The notes under the pieces were generated by a model, which worked only from the letters and a program-made list of their open reading frames with translations, was not told the DNA's origin and searched no databases. Both the position numbers and the translations under genes were made by a program. This document shows positions 10,254 through 21,671 of a stretch of 64,000 nt of DNA, one piece after another; position 1 is the stretch's first letter, and each line of letters begins with the position of its first letter. The stretch comes from Faecousia sp. GTDB taxonomy: Bacteria > Bacillota > Clostridia > Oscillospirales > Oscillospiraceae. The DNA is taken from assembly GCA_045604565.1 (NCBI GenBank), contig JAZUOF010000076.1, forward strand, positions 152 through 64,151, written 5' to 3'.

Positions 10254-12104
10254 TCATTCCTCAACGGGATCCTGCGGGGGAGGGTCATTAGCGTCTTGTT
10301 CCGGGGTGGAGTCGCTCACAGACCCTTGCGTAGTTTCCTGATTGGAACCCGGAGTCTCGGGAGCCTCCGTTTCATTTTCAGGGGGAGTGGTGGGGGTTTC
10401 GGGATCACCGGAGCCACCCGGATCGGTGGGCTCTGTTGGAGTAATAATTTTAGCAATTACTTTATCGCGATGAGAGTACCTATCGCTGTTTTCCAGAACC
10501 TTCTCGATAAGTTTATTCGTCTCTTTGTCGTATCTTGCGCGATAGCTCTTGGAGGTATAGCCCGTATAAGGATCGGTGATGACATCTCCGTCCTTGTAGC
10601 CCTTTTCATTATCGGGTTCCAATTCCTTGTAGACTGTTTTATAAGGAATGGTATCCAGACGTTCACTGACAAACTTGACGTAATAATCCTTGGTATCCGT
10701 TCCAATCAGCTTAACCGTGACATTTCCGTAACTTGCGCTGGCCTCAATGCGAATGGGATATTCCGTATTATTCTGGAATTTGAAATCACATCCACCCCAG
10801 AAAACGGTTGCGTCGGTGCCAAGGGGCGTATAAGAGGAGGCATAGGCGTGATTCCAACGCTCTACAATCTTCAAATCTGCAATCACAGAGCAGTAATACA
10901 GTGTGGAACTTACCTGACAAATGCCGCCGCCAATATCCGGAACGGACTCGCCGTTGATGTAGGAAATGCCGTACTGATATCCTTTTTCCACAGTGCGTTC
11001 GCCCAGTGCGCCGTTGTAGCTGAATACGTCTCCGGGATAGAGGACCATGCCATTGATGGCTTCGCAGGCAAGTCTAAGATTAATATTTCTGCCATAAATG
11101 CTGCCGGCACGGGTGGTATAGCTGGCCAGAGTGTCACAGAACAGGAGACTGTAAAGTTCTGCAGCGGTATTCTCCGGAGCAAGCCAACGGAAAGAAATTT
11201 CTAAGTTATCACCGTAATTACAGCGCTCCAACTTGCGTTGAGCTGCTTCCATATCAAAGTCAAATCCGTAGTAGCCACCGGTTACTTCAAAGGTCTCTTT
11301 ATTCATTTCGGCTTCAACGGGCGAAATCAGAGAGCTGTTGTAAATGCCTTCCAGGTCAATGGGATTAGGCAGAGTATAGGCCGGAGAGTAGCTGATGCGG
11401 AATACAGCGTCGCTAAAACCGTCGATCACGTGCTGGTACAGGTCATCCAGATCCAGAGAAACGCCTGGTTTACCGGTAAAAATCTTCAGAACCGGGAGAA
11501 CAAGGCTCGCGTCAATTTCTGCGTGTTCACCGGGGAATTCTCCCACGATCTCAAAGGAAGACTGGACCAAGGTAGAAGAATAGAATTCTGACATGGAACG
11601 CAGCTCATTCATAACAGCATCTTTATTAATGGTCATGAATGCAGAAAGATCCAAAGACTTTTTTTCCGGGCTGGTCTGCTCATATTCTACAGCTGCATTT
11701 ACTGCAGACTCCACATCTATGGAAATGCCGGATACAGAATAGGGAATCCGAACTTCGTGCTCATCAATCTGAACAACCATCGTGTTGGACAAATAGGCTT
11801 CATTTACCGCAGAGGATACCGCCTGAATGGCTTGCGCCCGGGTCATTCCGGTCACATCTACACCGGCAACGGTAAGGTTAGCTGTGATCAAGGCGTTGTC
11901 ATACATATATTGGTACAGAAACCATCCGCCGAGCGCAATCACAATCACCAAAAGCACTGCACACGCAATGATGATGGTCATATTTCTGTTATTAACAGCA
12001 CGCGCATAGCGCGCGGATTTTTTCTCGGCATTTTTTTCAGCCAAGTTATGAAATGCATTCTCCAGCTCAAGGACTTCAGTATTTCGGGATTTATTACCAG
12101 CCAT
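10254..12104 (-). CDS. VanW family membrane-anchored protein with Pro/Thr/Glu-rich tail
   Basis: Start ATG 12104 after AAAGGAG; one TM helix; RNINLRLA, FSYN..LGERT..KGY, GGGICQVSSTLY, ERWNH, GTDATV, DFKFQN VanW motifs. Confidence 0.88.
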   Translation of the reverse strand: MAGNKSRNTEVLELENAFHNLAEKNAEKKSARYARAVNNRNMTIIIACAVLLVIVIALGGWFLYQYMYDNALITANLTVAGVDVTGMTRAQAIQAVSSAVNEAYLSNTMVVQIDEHEVRIPYSVSGISIDVESAVNAAVEYEQTSPEKKSLDLSAFMTINKDAVMNELRSMSEFYSSTLVQSSFEIVGEFPGEHAEIDASLVLPVLKIFTGKPGVSLDLDDLYQHVIDGFSDAVFRISYSPAYTLPNPIDLEGIYNSSLISPVEAEMNKETFEVTGGYYGFDFDMEAAQRKLERCNYGDNLEISFRWLAPENTAAELYSLLFCDTLASYTTRAGSIYGRNINLRLACEAINGMVLYPGDVFSYNGALGERTVEKGYQYGISYINGESVPDIGGGICQVSSTLYYCSVIADLKIVERWNHAYASSYTPLGTDATVFWGGCDFKFQNNTEYPIRIEASASYGNVTVKLIGTDTKDYYVKFVSERLDTIPYKTVYKELEPDNEKGYKDGDVITDPYTGYTSKSYRARYDKETNKLIEKVLENSDRYSHRDKVIAKIITPTEPTDPGGSGDPETPTTPPENETEAPETPGSNQETTQGSVSDSTPEQDANDPPPQDPVEE

Positions 12105-12189
12105 GGAACGCACTCCTTTCAAAAAAAGTTATAGTTGGGAAAATTATATCATATTTTTGCGTAATTGCAAGAATTATGTTATGACAATT

Positions 12190-15100
12190 TTATGAATTCT
12201 CCAAGCACGCGCGATATCTGTTCACAAAGACCTTGGTTTGACGCAGACTGTCTATGCCGGAAGATAGCTTTAGGCGAAGGGTCGGAAGCTTCGTGTTTGC
12301 CAAAAGCTGCGCTCTTGCCTTATAATCCGGATCTGCAAAAAGCTTGGAAATTGCGTCAAAATTCAGATTATTCAAGGTAAACATCACATCACCGGCTTTT
12401 TGACGTATATCGGTGATTCCGGCTTTGCGTGCGTTAGCGCGCAAAAGAGCAATGTCAATAAGGTTCAATACGCCTCTGGGAGGCTCGCCATATCGATCGA
12501 TGATCTCATCCAGAAGGTCGTCGGCATCTTCCTGATTCCGAATTGCTGCCATACGCCGGTACAGGTCCATTCGCTCCTCGCCCCGTGATACATAATCCTT
12601 ATCTACATTTGCTGTTACGTTCAAGTCAGCGGTGCAGTCAGGCTCGTGAGATTTTTCACCTTTTTCTTCTAAAACAGCCTCGTCCAGAAGTTTCAGATAC
12701 ATATCGTAGCCAACGGACATCATATGTCCGGATTGTTCTGCACCTAACAGATTACCGGCGCCGCGAATTTCCAAATCCCGCATGGCGATTTTGAACCCGG
12801 AACCAAATTCGGCAAAGTCTCGTATTGCAGAAAGACGCTTTTCCGCAACTTCCGTCAGAGCCTTATCAGGCCGGTAGGTCAGATAGGCATAGGCTCTGCG
12901 GGTAGAACGGCCCACGCGTCCGCGAAGCTGATGAAGTTGACTTAAGCCGAATCTGTCGGCATTCTCAATGATTAATGTGTTGACATTGGGGATGTCTAGT
13001 CCGGTTTCAATAATGGTGGTGCAAACAAGCACTTGGATTTCGCCGTCAGCCATAGATTGCATCACGTCGCTAAGAGCATCCTCGCCCATTTTTCCGTGAG
13101 CTACAGCCACACGCAGACCGGGAATTCTTCTTTTCAGCGCAGCAGCGCACTGGTCAATGGTTTCCACGCGATTGTGCAGATAGTACACCTGCCCGCCACG
13201 CTCTACTTCCCGCCGAATTGCGTCGTCCAAAATATCATTGGAATGTTCTAGCACAAAGGTTTGCACCGGATAACGATCTGCCGGAGGGACTTCAATAGTA
13301 GACATATCCCGAATTCCGGACAGTGCCATGTTTAAGGTGCGGGGGATAGGAGTTGCAGAAAGAGTCAGTACATCCACTCCTTTGGAAAGTTCCTTCAGCC
13401 TTTCTTTGTGGCTGACACCAAAGCGCTGTTCTTCATCAACAATTAACAGGCCCAAATCTTTAAATTCCACATGTTTTTGGAGCAACTTGTGTGTTCCGAT
13501 AATCAGATCCACTTGTCCTGCTCGCAGATTCTGCAGCGTAATTTTTTGCTGATTGGGAGTGCGGAAGCGACTTAACACATCAATGTTTACAGGGAAACCA
13601 CGGAATCGGGAAAGCGCGGTCTGATAGTGCTGTTGCGCCAGAACGGTTGTGGGGACCAGAATAGCAGTCTGCTTCCCGTCCATAACCGCTTTCATAATGC
13701 TTCGCAGGGCAACCTCGGTTTTTCCAAAGCCCACATCCCCGCAAAGAAGTCGGTCCATAGGAATGGGAGACTCCATATCGCTCTTTATTTCAGCAATACA
13801 ACGCAGTTGATCCTCTGTTTCCGGATAGGGGAAATTATCTTCAAATTCTTTTTGCCAGGGGGAATCAGCGGCAAAAGCAAAGCCTTCCTGCCGTTTTCGC
13901 GCAGCATACAGCGCAATCAGTTCGCTGGCCATATCTTTGGCAGCTTTTCTTGCACGCGATTTGGTTTTTTGCCAGGCATCTGTTCCAATTTTGTTCAGGC
14001 GAATATTGGATTCTTCACCGCCGCCGATGTATTTGCTGACCAAATCAAGCTGAGTAGCGGGAACGAACAGCGTATCAGAACCCTGGTAGGCAATTTTTAC
14101 ATAATCCTTAACGGCACCGTCCACCTTGATCTGTTCCATCGAAACAAATCTTCCGATGCCATAGTTTTCATGAACAACCAAATCACCGGGTGTCAGATCG
14201 GTAAAGGAACTAAGTTTCTGGCGGTTGGTAGCAGATTTCTTGGCTTTTCGTACGGGGTGCGTCCTGGCAATCAGTTGACCTTCTGTGAGAACTGCAAGAC
14301 GGGAATCGGTATATTCCATACCATAAGGTAATGTTTTATCCGCAAGATAAATTTGGCCGGGTTCCGGCAAACCGGTTAAGGGAATACACAAAGAAGCGCG
14401 AATACCTTTATCTGTGAGGAGTTCCTGCAGAAGCTGCGCGCGGTTCCGGCTGCCGCATAATACAAGACTTGAAAAACCAATGCGCTGATAGTGGCTCAAA
14501 TCCTGTGCGGCTGCATCCAAATTTCCGCCGTAGCCGGGCAACTGTTTGGCGGTGATGGCATGCATCGCTTTGGGCGGACACGCTTCCGGGTATGCAGAGC
14601 CTGCAAAGGTATCCATATATATAACAGTCCGCCCGGGTAATTTTTTGCAGAAATCTTCCCATTGGTAGACAAAATCGCACAATTCTCCCGCAAGATAGCC
14701 TGCCTGCAACATATTATCCAGCTGCATACCCATTTCTTCTATTTTGGTGCGCGCTGTGCGGCGCAGATTTCCCTGGTCACACAGGACAACAATACTATCT
14801 GCTGGAATATGGTCAAAAGCAGTGGCAAATTCCGGATAGATCAGGGCCATATACCGGTCGGAGGCAGAATTGGAAAGGTTGTTTTCGTATTTATTCAGGT
14901 CCTTTTCCAGAGTTTTGATTAATGCCTCATGAATATGCTTTCTTCGTTTTTGTGTTGCAATTAGTTTTTGGAGATCCTCGCAAAGCCCAGCCAGCCCGCG
15001 TGTATGCAAATGAGGCTGGGTTTCGCCAACCGGAAGGACCACGATCGTGTCAGTATTCTCTGTTCTTCTTTGAGAAACTGGGTCAAAATACCCCATTGTG

Positions 15101-15699
15101 TCCAGCTCATCGCCGAAAAACTCTGCCCGTACGGGACGATCAGAAGCAGGGGAATAGATGTCTACGATTCCGCCACGCACAGCAAATTGACCAGGCCCCT
15201 CAACCATACCGCACCGGCTGTATCCGGCAACAGACAGCTTTTCTGTCAGTTCCTCCAAAGCATATTGTTTACCTACTTCTAAGGAAAAGGATGCCTCATG
15301 CAGAACGGAAGGGGGAATGGTGCGCTGACTCATAGAATCCCAGGACATAATTTGAATTTTGGAATTCCCTGAATACAGATCATAGAATTGACGCAGACGC
15401 TTCTGTTCCCATGACCGGGAAGCAACCGCACTTTCATACAGCGTTAGTTCCCGAGCAGGAAGTACCGGGACCGGCACGCCCATGAATGCCTGCAAATCCT
15501 CACAAAGTCGCTTGGCGGAAATATCGTCCTGGCAGATCGCAACAACAGGACGCCCGGTGTGGATTTGCAAACCGGCCAATAAATGACTTCTACAAATTTG
15601 ACCAATGCCGGACATTGCGATGCAATCCGTATTCTGAATTTCCGACAAAACAGAGCGGTAGTCCGGCAATGAATTCAGAAAAGATATCAGATGATCCAT
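12190..15699 (-). CDS. mfd: Transcription-repair coupling factor
   Basis: FAVRGGIVD, VVHENYGIG, GDVGFGKTEVA, VDEEQRFG, SATPIPRT, QLRGRVGR, RDLEIRGAGNLLG; start placed at ATG 15699. Confidence 0.96.
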   Translation of the reverse strand: MDHLISFLNSLPDYRSVLSEIQNTDCIAMSGIGQICRSHLLAGLQIHTGRPVVAICQDDISAKRLCEDLQAFMGVPVPVLPARELTLYESAVASRSWEQKRLRQFYDLYSGNSKIQIMSWDSMSQRTIPPSVLHEASFSLEVGKQYALEELTEKLSVAGYSRCGMVEGPGQFAVRGGIVDIYSPASDRPVRAEFFGDELDTMGYFDPVSQRRTENTDTIVVLPVGETQPHLHTRGLAGLCEDLQKLIATQKRRKHIHEALIKTLEKDLNKYENNLSNSASDRYMALIYPEFATAFDHIPADSIVVLCDQGNLRRTARTKIEEMGMQLDNMLQAGYLAGELCDFVYQWEDFCKKLPGRTVIYMDTFAGSAYPEACPPKAMHAITAKQLPGYGGNLDAAAQDLSHYQRIGFSSLVLCGSRNRAQLLQELLTDKGIRASLCIPLTGLPEPGQIYLADKTLPYGMEYTDSRLAVLTEGQLIARTHPVRKAKKSATNRQKLSSFTDLTPGDLVVHENYGIGRFVSMEQIKVDGAVKDYVKIAYQGSDTLFVPATQLDLVSKYIGGGEESNIRLNKIGTDAWQKTKSRARKAAKDMASELIALYAARKRQEGFAFAADSPWQKEFEDNFPYPETEDQLRCIAEIKSDMESPIPMDRLLCGDVGFGKTEVALRSIMKAVMDGKQTAILVPTTVLAQQHYQTALSRFRGFPVNIDVLSRFRTPNQQKITLQNLRAGQVDLIIGTHKLLQKHVEFKDLGLLIVDEEQRFGVSHKERLKELSKGVDVLTLSATPIPRTLNMALSGIRDMSTIEVPPADRYPVQTFVLEHSNDILDDAIRREVERGGQVYYLHNRVETIDQCAAALKRRIPGLRVAVAHGKMGEDALSDVMQSMADGEIQVLVCTTIIETGLDIPNVNTLIIENADRFGLSQLHQLRGRVGRSTRRAYAYLTYRPDKALTEVAEKRLSAIRDFAEFGSGFKIAMRDLEIRGAGNLLGAEQSGHMMSVGYDMYLKLLDEAVLEEKGEKSHEPDCTADLNVTANVDKDYVSRGEERMDLYRRMAAIRNQEDADDLLDEIIDRYGEPPRGVLNLIDIALLRANARKAGITDIRQKAGDVMFTLNNLNFDAISKLFADPDYKARAQLLANTKLPTLRLKLSSGIDSLRQTKVFVNRYRACLENS

Positions 15700-15742
15700 G
15701 CAAATCTTCGCCTTTCCATAGTTTTTTCGCTCCACGTGAGAA

Positions 15743-15780
15743 CGCGGAAAGGGAGAAGCAGCCCCCCTTTCCGTGGTTTT
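15743..15780. terminator. Stem-loop between pth and mfd
   Basis: CGCGGAAAGGGAG...CCCCCTTTCCGTG inverted repeat; T tract on + side only. Confidence 0.45.
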
Positions 15781-15793
15781 ATTGCATAATATG

Positions 15794-16390
15794 TTATTCT
15801 GGATGAGAGCCGTTAAAACGGTTTGCCGCGCAATAGACGCCTTCATCTATGATGGCAAGCGTAGCGTCTGACGCGTTTTTCAGAGCAAAATTAAGGGCCT
15901 TTTCATCACTGTCTGTAAAACCGGATAAAACCCAATCCGCCAGATTCGCGTCTGCGTGAGGCTTTGCCCCTACGCCAATTTTGATGCGGGGGAAATCCTG
16001 ACTGCCCAGATGCTCGATAATGGACTTGATTCCGTTGTGCCCTCCGGCGGAACCTTCCTGCCGGATACGAAGTCGGCCGGGAGGAAGCGAAATGTCGTCA
16101 AATAGAACAATAATATTCTGAGGGGGAATGCTGTAATAAGAGGACATTTGTATGACGGAGCGGCCGGACAGATTCATATATGTCAGAGGCTTCAGCAGGA
16201 ACAGGCGTTTGCCGTTGCGGTTCACCTGGCCGTATATTCCCTGAAACTTACCCTTGTCAATTTTGCAACCAAGCTCCTGCGCCAGAAGATCAATTGCCAT
16301 ATATCCGCAATTATGCCTTGTGTGGGCATATTCTTTCCCTGGATTGCCCAGCCCGACGATCAGCCAGGTCTCCTTATTCTTACCAAACAC
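15794..16390 (-). CDS. pth: Peptidyl-tRNA hydrolase
   Basis: LIVGLGNPG, TRHN, KPLTYMNLSG, GSAGGHNGIKSI. Confidence 0.96.
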   Translation of the reverse strand: MFGKNKETWLIVGLGNPGKEYAHTRHNCGYMAIDLLAQELGCKIDKGKFQGIYGQVNRNGKRLFLLKPLTYMNLSGRSVIQMSSYYSIPPQNIIVLFDDISLPPGRLRIRQEGSAGGHNGIKSIIEHLGSQDFPRIKIGVGAKPHADANLADWVLSGFTDSDEKALNFALKNASDATLAIIDEGVYCAANRFNGSHPE

Positions 16391-16393
16391 AGC

Positions 16394-17359
16394 TTAGAAC
16401 AGGTCTGCGATGGAAGTGCCGCCATGAATATGCGCAATTGCGCGGGCAAAAATGGGAGCAACATCCAGAAGTTTGATTTTGCTGCAGCCACAGTTTTCGG
16501 GAAGAGGGATGGTATTATGCACCACAACTTCCTCAATTACGCTGTTGCTGATGCGGTCAAATGCAGCGCCGGATAAAACTCCGTGAGTGGCACAGGCATA
16601 TACCTTTCTGGCACCGCCTACTTCCACGAGGGCCTGCGCCGCATTGCACAGAGAACCGGCGGTATCAATCATGTCGTCGTAAAGGATACAGGTCTTGCCC
16701 CGGACATCGCCAATGACATTCATTACTTCACAAACGTTTGCTTTTTGGCGACGCTTATCCACAATTGCAAGGCCCATATGTACCTTGGCGGCAAAAGCGC
16801 GGGCACGTCCAACGGAGCCAACATCGGGAGAGACAACAACAAATTCATCGTGGTTGTACACATCCTCAGGGAATTTGTTCAAATAATACTTTACGAACGT
16901 GGGATTTCCCAGCAGATGATCCACGGGAATGTCAAAGAATCCCTGAAGCTGTGCAGCATGCAGATCCATCGTCAGTACCCGGTCAGCGCCGGAGGCGGTG
17001 AGCATATTCGCCACGAGCTTGGCGGAGATGGGGTCGCGGCTCTTGGCTTTGCGGTCCTGACGGGCATAGCCGAAGTAAGGAATTACGGCGGTGATTCGAC
17101 CGGCAGAGGCGCGACGGCATGCGTCGATCATAACCAGTAATTCCATCAGATGGTTGTTGACGGGTTTGCAGGTGGATTGGATTAAAAATACGTCTGCGCC
17201 GCGCACGGTTTCATCCAATGTGACGGATACCTCACCGTCGGAAAATGTGGAAACCGTACTTTTTCCCAAAGTCAGGCCCAATTCTTTACACACAGTTTCG
17301 GCAAAAGCGCGATTAGAATTGCCGCAGAAGATTTTTATGTTGTCTCCGTATGCGATCAT
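16394..17359 (-). CDS. prs: Ribose-phosphate pyrophosphokinase
   Basis: FSDGE, YFGYARQDRK, DLHAAQLQGFF, VSPDVG, DDMIDTAGS. Confidence 0.97.
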   Translation of the reverse strand: MIAYGDNIKIFCGNSNRAFAETVCKELGLTLGKSTVSTFSDGEVSVTLDETVRGADVFLIQSTCKPVNNHLMELLVMIDACRRASAGRITAVIPYFGYARQDRKAKSRDPISAKLVANMLTASGADRVLTMDLHAAQLQGFFDIPVDHLLGNPTFVKYYLNKFPEDVYNHDEFVVVSPDVGSVGRARAFAAKVHMGLAIVDKRRQKANVCEVMNVIGDVRGKTCILYDDMIDTAGSLCNAAQALVEVGGARKVYACATHGVLSGAAFDRISNSVIEEVVVHNTIPLPENCGCSKIKLLDVAPIFARAIAHIHGGTSIADLF

Positions 17360-17553
17360 AGCGGATGTACCTCACTTTTTATCTTTTTTTAGCTGCAATA
17401 TAGCACGGTAGCATTCAAAGCTATTATAACACTTGAGACGGAGAAAATGCAACACGCATTTCAAAGAAATAACAACTAATTTCCTCTACCGTATCATCTT
17501 TTCTTTGGACAAAACATCCAATGGGTAATCCTTCCGTGGCGGAGAAGGCAAGA

Positions 17554-17567
17554 CGAAATTATGTTTG
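17554..17567 (+). promoter_or_regulatory. Possible LexA (SOS/Cheo) box upstream of uvrA
   Basis: CGAAATTATGTTTG versus Firmicute consensus CGAAC-N4-GTTYG (one core mismatch), 9 bp upstream of the -35. Confidence 0.45.
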
Positions 17568-17576
17568 AAATTTAGC

Positions 17577-17605
17577 TTGTGTTATGCAGGATTGCGTGGT
17601 ATAAT
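17577..17605 (+). promoter_or_regulatory. Sigma-A promoter of uvrA
   Basis: TTGTGT-N17-TATAAT with extended -10 TG. Confidence 0.65.
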
Positions 17606-17637
17606 ATAGGATACGAAAAATGAGTGGGTGACGAGAA

Positions 17638-20460
17638 ATGAACAATGAAATTCGAATTAAAGGCGCAAGAGAGAATAATCTTAAAAATATTGATTTGACC
17701 ATTCCCAGAGACAGGCTAATTGTATTTACAGGTTTATCCGGCTCGGGAAAATCCAGCTTGGCGTTTGATACTATTTTTGCAGAGGGCCAAAGGCGATATG
17801 TGGAGAGCCTGAGCTCCTATGCACGTCAGTTCTTGGGACAGATGGACAAGCCGGATGTGGACTCTATTGACGGCCTTTCTCCGGCAATTTCTATTGACCA
17901 GAAAACAACCTCCAAGAATTCCCGCTCCACGGTTGGTACGGTTACCGAGATTTATGACTACCTTCGTCTTTTATGGGCGCGGGTAGGTGTACCCCACTGT
18001 CCTAAGTGCGGAAAAGAAATTGCCCGCCAAACGATTGACCAGATTGTGGACCGCGTTGAGATGATAGGGGAAGGCACACGTTTTGTAGTATTGTCTCCGG
18101 TTATTCGCGGTAAAAAGGGCGAGCACGTCAAGGTGTTTGAAGACGCCCGTAAAGCCGGCTTTGCCAGGGTTCGTGTAGATGGAATTCTGTACGATTTGAA
18201 TGAGCAGATTAAGCTGGAAAAAAATCTTAAACATAATATTGAGCTTGTGGTGGACCGCCTGGTTATTCGGGAAGGCCAACGCCGCCGTTTGGCGGATTCC
18301 ATCGAAACTGCCTGCAACCACTCTGGCGGACTTGTCCTGATTTATCTGCCGGATTCTCAGGAGGAAATGAGCTTCTCCCAGAATTATGCCTGTGAGGATT
18401 GCGGCATCAGCTTATCCGAGCTGGAGCCCCGAATGTTTTCCTTCAATAATCCTGCAGGTGCATGCCCGCATTGTACAGGCCTGGGTTTTCAGCTGATTCC
18501 CGATGTGGATTTGGTGATTCCGGACAAGACGAAGTCTATTTTTGACGGAGCTATTCAGGCCTCCGGCTGGTGCAATGCAAGGACGGATTCCATTTTCCGT
18601 ATGTATTTCGAGGCTTTGTCACAAAAGTATCATTTCTCGCTTACGGATCCGGTCAATTCCCTTTCGCAGGACGCGATGGAAGTCATTCTCCATGGCACAA
18701 AAGGGGAGAAACTGCGGATGACATACAATCGCGGTAACGGTATGGGTGTGCTGGAACAGCCGTTTGAAGGAATTCTGAACAACATCAACCGCCGTTTTCG
18801 GGAAACCCAGTTCGATGCGGCCAGAAAAGAGTTGGAAGAATGTATGTCAACAGCGCCCTGTCCCCATTGCCACGGCGATCGCCTGAGCGAAATTGCCCGC
18901 GCAGTAACCGTGGGGGGCATAGGCATTATGGATCTATGTAAGATGAGTATCCGACAGGCGCTGAAATTTATGGATCAGCTTCACCTGGAAGGGAATATGG
19001 CACTTGTAGCCGAGCAGATTGTCCGGGAAATTAAGTCGAGACTGTCTTTCCTGGCAGATGTGGGTTTGGAGTATTTGACCTTATCCCGTACTGCGGGAAC
19101 ACTCTCCGGCGGTGAAAGCCAGCGCATCCGTCTGGCAACACAAATCGGTTCCTCACTGACAGGTGTTTTGTATATTCTGGATGAGCCATCCATCGGATTG
19201 CATCAGCGGGATAATGATAGGCTTTTGCAAACGCTTTTCCGTCTGCGCGACCTGGGAAACACCTTGATTGTTGTGGAACATGACGAGGATACTATTCGCA
19301 CTGCGGATTATCTTGTTGACGTTGGTCCGGGCGCGGGATGCCATGGCGGTCATATTGTGGCGCAGGGGAGCCTGGATAATATTCTGAATACGCCGGAATC
19401 TCTTACCGGACAGTATTTGTCCGGTGTAAAGAAAATTCCTGTTCCTTCGTCAAGAAGAACAGGTAATGGCAAAAGACTATGCGTAAACGGCGCATCTGAA
19501 AATAATCTGAAAGAAATTGATGTGTCTATACCCTTGGGAACGCTTACTTGTGTTACAGGTGTTTCCGGATCCGGAAAGTCCAGCCTGGTCGGCGAGGTAT
19601 TGAATAAGAGTCTGCTGGGCCGATTGAATCATGCGAGAATCCGACCGGGTACCTGCAAGAGCATTACAGGCATGGAGCATCTGGATAAAGTGATCGATAT
19701 TGACCAAAGTCCTATCGGACGCACTCCGCGCTCCAATCCTGCCACCTATACGGGGTTATTTAATGACATCCGGGATTTGTTTGCCTCCACGGCGGATGCC
19801 AAGATGCGTGGATACGGACCTGGCCGGTTCTCCTTCAATGTTAAGGGCGGACGGTGTGAGGCCTGTAGCGGCGACGGTATGGTCAAGATTGAAATGCATT
19901 TTCTTGCGGATGTCTATGTTCCCTGTGAAGTCTGCCGCGGCCAGAGATATAATCGGGAAACGCTGGAAGTGCAATACAAAGGAAAAAATATCGCGCAGGT
20001 GCTGGATATGACGGCAGATGAGGCTCTGGAGTTTTTTGATAATCTGCCGAAAATACGCCATAAAGTGCAGACGCTTGTGGATGTGGGACTGGGATATGTC
20101 AGGCTGGGTCAATCCAGCACGACCCTGTCCGGCGGTGAGGCGCAACGCGTGAAGCTTGCTACAGAGCTTGCCCGTGCATCCACAGGCAAAACCATCTACG
20201 TGCTTGACGAACCTACTACAGGACTGCACGCTGCGGATGTGCACAGATTGATTGATGTGCTGCAGCAGCTTGTGGATGCAGGCAATACGGTGCTTGTAAT
20301 CGAGCATAATTTGGATGTTATAAAAACAGCAGACTATATCATTGACCTGGGTCCTGAGGGCGGCGATGAGGGCGGTTATGTAGTTGCCTGCGGCACTCCG
20401 GAAAGAGTTGCGGAAGTTCCGGAAAGCTATACCGGACAGTATTTGAAACGCTACCTGTAA
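17638..20460 (+). CDS. uvrA: Excinuclease ABC subunit A
   Basis: [14 protein letters not shown], zinc fingers, [33 protein letters not shown]; 940 aa. Confidence 0.98.
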   Translation: MNNEIRIKGARENNLKNIDLTIPRDRLIVFTGLSGSGKSSLAFDTIFAEGQRRYVESLSSYARQFLGQMDKPDVDSIDGLSPAISIDQKTTSKNSRSTVGTVTEIYDYLRLLWARVGVPHCPKCGKEIARQTIDQIVDRVEMIGEGTRFVVLSPVIRGKKGEHVKVFEDARKAGFARVRVDGILYDLNEQIKLEKNLKHNIELVVDRLVIREGQRRRLADSIETACNHSGGLVLIYLPDSQEEMSFSQNYACEDCGISLSELEPRMFSFNNPAGACPHCTGLGFQLIPDVDLVIPDKTKSIFDGAIQASGWCNARTDSIFRMYFEALSQKYHFSLTDPVNSLSQDAMEVILHGTKGEKLRMTYNRGNGMGVLEQPFEGILNNINRRFRETQFDAARKELEECMSTAPCPHCHGDRLSEIARAVTVGGIGIMDLCKMSIRQALKFMDQLHLEGNMALVAEQIVREIKSRLSFLADVGLEYLTLSRTAGTLSGGESQRIRLATQIGSSLTGVLYILDEPSIGLHQRDNDRLLQTLFRLRDLGNTLIVVEHDEDTIRTADYLVDVGPGAGCHGGHIVAQGSLDNILNTPESLTGQYLSGVKKIPVPSSRRTGNGKRLCVNGASENNLKEIDVSIPLGTLTCVTGVSGSGKSSLVGEVLNKSLLGRLNHARIRPGTCKSITGMEHLDKVIDIDQSPIGRTPRSNPATYTGLFNDIRDLFASTADAKMRGYGPGRFSFNVKGGRCEACSGDGMVKIEMHFLADVYVPCEVCRGQRYNRETLEVQYKGKNIAQVLDMTADEALEFFDNLPKIRHKVQTLVDVGLGYVRLGQSSTTLSGGEAQRVKLATELARASTGKTIYVLDEPTTGLHAADVHRLIDVLQQLVDAGNTVLVIEHNLDVIKTADYIIDLGPEGGDEGGYVVACGTPERVAEVPESYTGQYLKRYL

Positions 20461-20489
20461 AAAACTGCCGGGTGCAACGCACCCGGCAG
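20461..20489. terminator. Terminator between uvrA and the convergent kinase-like gene
   Basis: CTGCCGGGTGC-aac-GCACCCGGCAG perfect stem, A tract on the left. Confidence 0.8.
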
Positions 20490-20493
20490 AGGA

Positions 20494-21537
20494 TCAGTAT
20501 TTTCCGTTATATAGCTCTTTGGACAGAACGTCTGACAGTTCAACCAACGCCTGATTTCGTCCGCCGTATACATCCGGTCTAAGGAGATTACTGCGAACCA
20601 CAGACTCACCATTGCGTATTTCCATTGTCATCGTTACGCGTATTTTGCGTTCAGCAGTCTGCTCAACGAGAACGGTTCCGCCGTGAGCTGAGGCAGTACT
20701 GTGGACGAGGACCATACCAAGTCCGAGACCGGTACGGTTGTCCTCAAGGCTTGGCTGACGAAGATAGCGCGTGAAAATATTGGCGGGCAAAGGTGATTCT
20801 GACGTAGCGGAAACTGTGAAGTAAAGCAGATAACCGCTTCGCTCCACTCTGGCTTGCAGAGCGCTTCCGCGGGGAGAGAACTTGACAGCATTGGATATCA
20901 AATTATATACAGCCCGTTCCAAGGCCTCTTTGTCAGCCAACATATAAATGCTCTTGTCCGGAACGGTGATATCCAGTCGGATATTCTTGCTGGAGAGAAG
21001 GGCTTGCGCATTCTCAAGAATTTCATAAAAGACAGCACAAATGTCCTGGGTGGACAGATAAGATTTCATTCCCGGCATCTGGGCGGCATCAGACATATTA
21101 CCCACGATCCGCAGCAGACGGAACAGACCGTGATTGATCTGCTGCATTTGAGGGCAGTCGGAACCTTCTGCTAATTCCTCGGCTGCATTCATAACCTCGG
21201 ACAAAGGCGAACGCAGATGGGCTGCCGCCAGTGCCAATGCCTGCAGCTCAGATTGCTCAGGCGCGTGCTCAATAAGAAAAAGATCCAGATTGTCCACTCT
21301 GCTGACGGAGGCGCGGTACACCGTATTGGAAACCTGAAGCGTCAGGTAAAGGTTTCCTCCGATGTAATCCGCATACTCCTGCTTGCCGGTCAGAAGCAAA
21401 CGGCTGATATCTGTATCAATGTCAATCATAAGCTGACGGGCGGCGATATTTGCATAGACGATTTTTCCGTCTTGTACAAAGAACCCGGGACGATCCATCA
21501 TCTCGAGCAGTTCAAAGCTATTATTAGACTTATTCAC
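20494..21537 (-). CDS. Soluble PAS-like + histidine-kinase-like protein with atypical H and G1 boxes
   Basis: N-box YNLISNAVKFS, G2 TGLGLG, H-box-like AAHLRSPL, N-terminal PAS-like IVYANIAARQL. Confidence 0.8.
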   Translation of the reverse strand: MNKSNNSFELLEMMDRPGFFVQDGKIVYANIAARQLMIDIDTDISRLLLTGKQEYADYIGGNLYLTLQVSNTVYRASVSRVDNLDLFLIEHAPEQSELQALALAAAHLRSPLSEVMNAAEELAEGSDCPQMQQINHGLFRLLRIVGNMSDAAQMPGMKSYLSTQDICAVFYEILENAQALLSSKNIRLDITVPDKSIYMLADKEALERAVYNLISNAVKFSPRGSALQARVERSGYLLYFTVSATSESPLPANIFTRYLRQPSLEDNRTGLGLGMVLVHSTASAHGGTVLVEQTAERKIRVTMTMEIRNGESVVRSNLLRPDVYGGRNQALVELSDVLSKELYNGKY

Positions 21538-21671
21538 GATATCACCCCTCCCGGCATAGGATGCTCCGATTTTGTAAAATCATTATTCGACAAAATTCGA
21601 CAGTGCTTCTGTCTCTATTCTAACGCATATTTTAAAAATAGCAAGATTTTTATCACACATGAGGTGAAATT

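Noticed and set aside
10260-10440. Low-complexity repeat-like DNA
   Set aside because: Encodes the Pro/Thr/Glu tail of the VanW protein; no regular repeat-spacer period
10254-12104. VanW as evidence of vancomycin resistance
   Set aside because: No vanHAX/vanRS genes; stand-alone VanW-domain proteins are common in Clostridia
17460-17550. Possible structured RNA between prs and uvrA
   Set aside because: Only short imperfect stems; no recognisable riboswitch or sRNA motif
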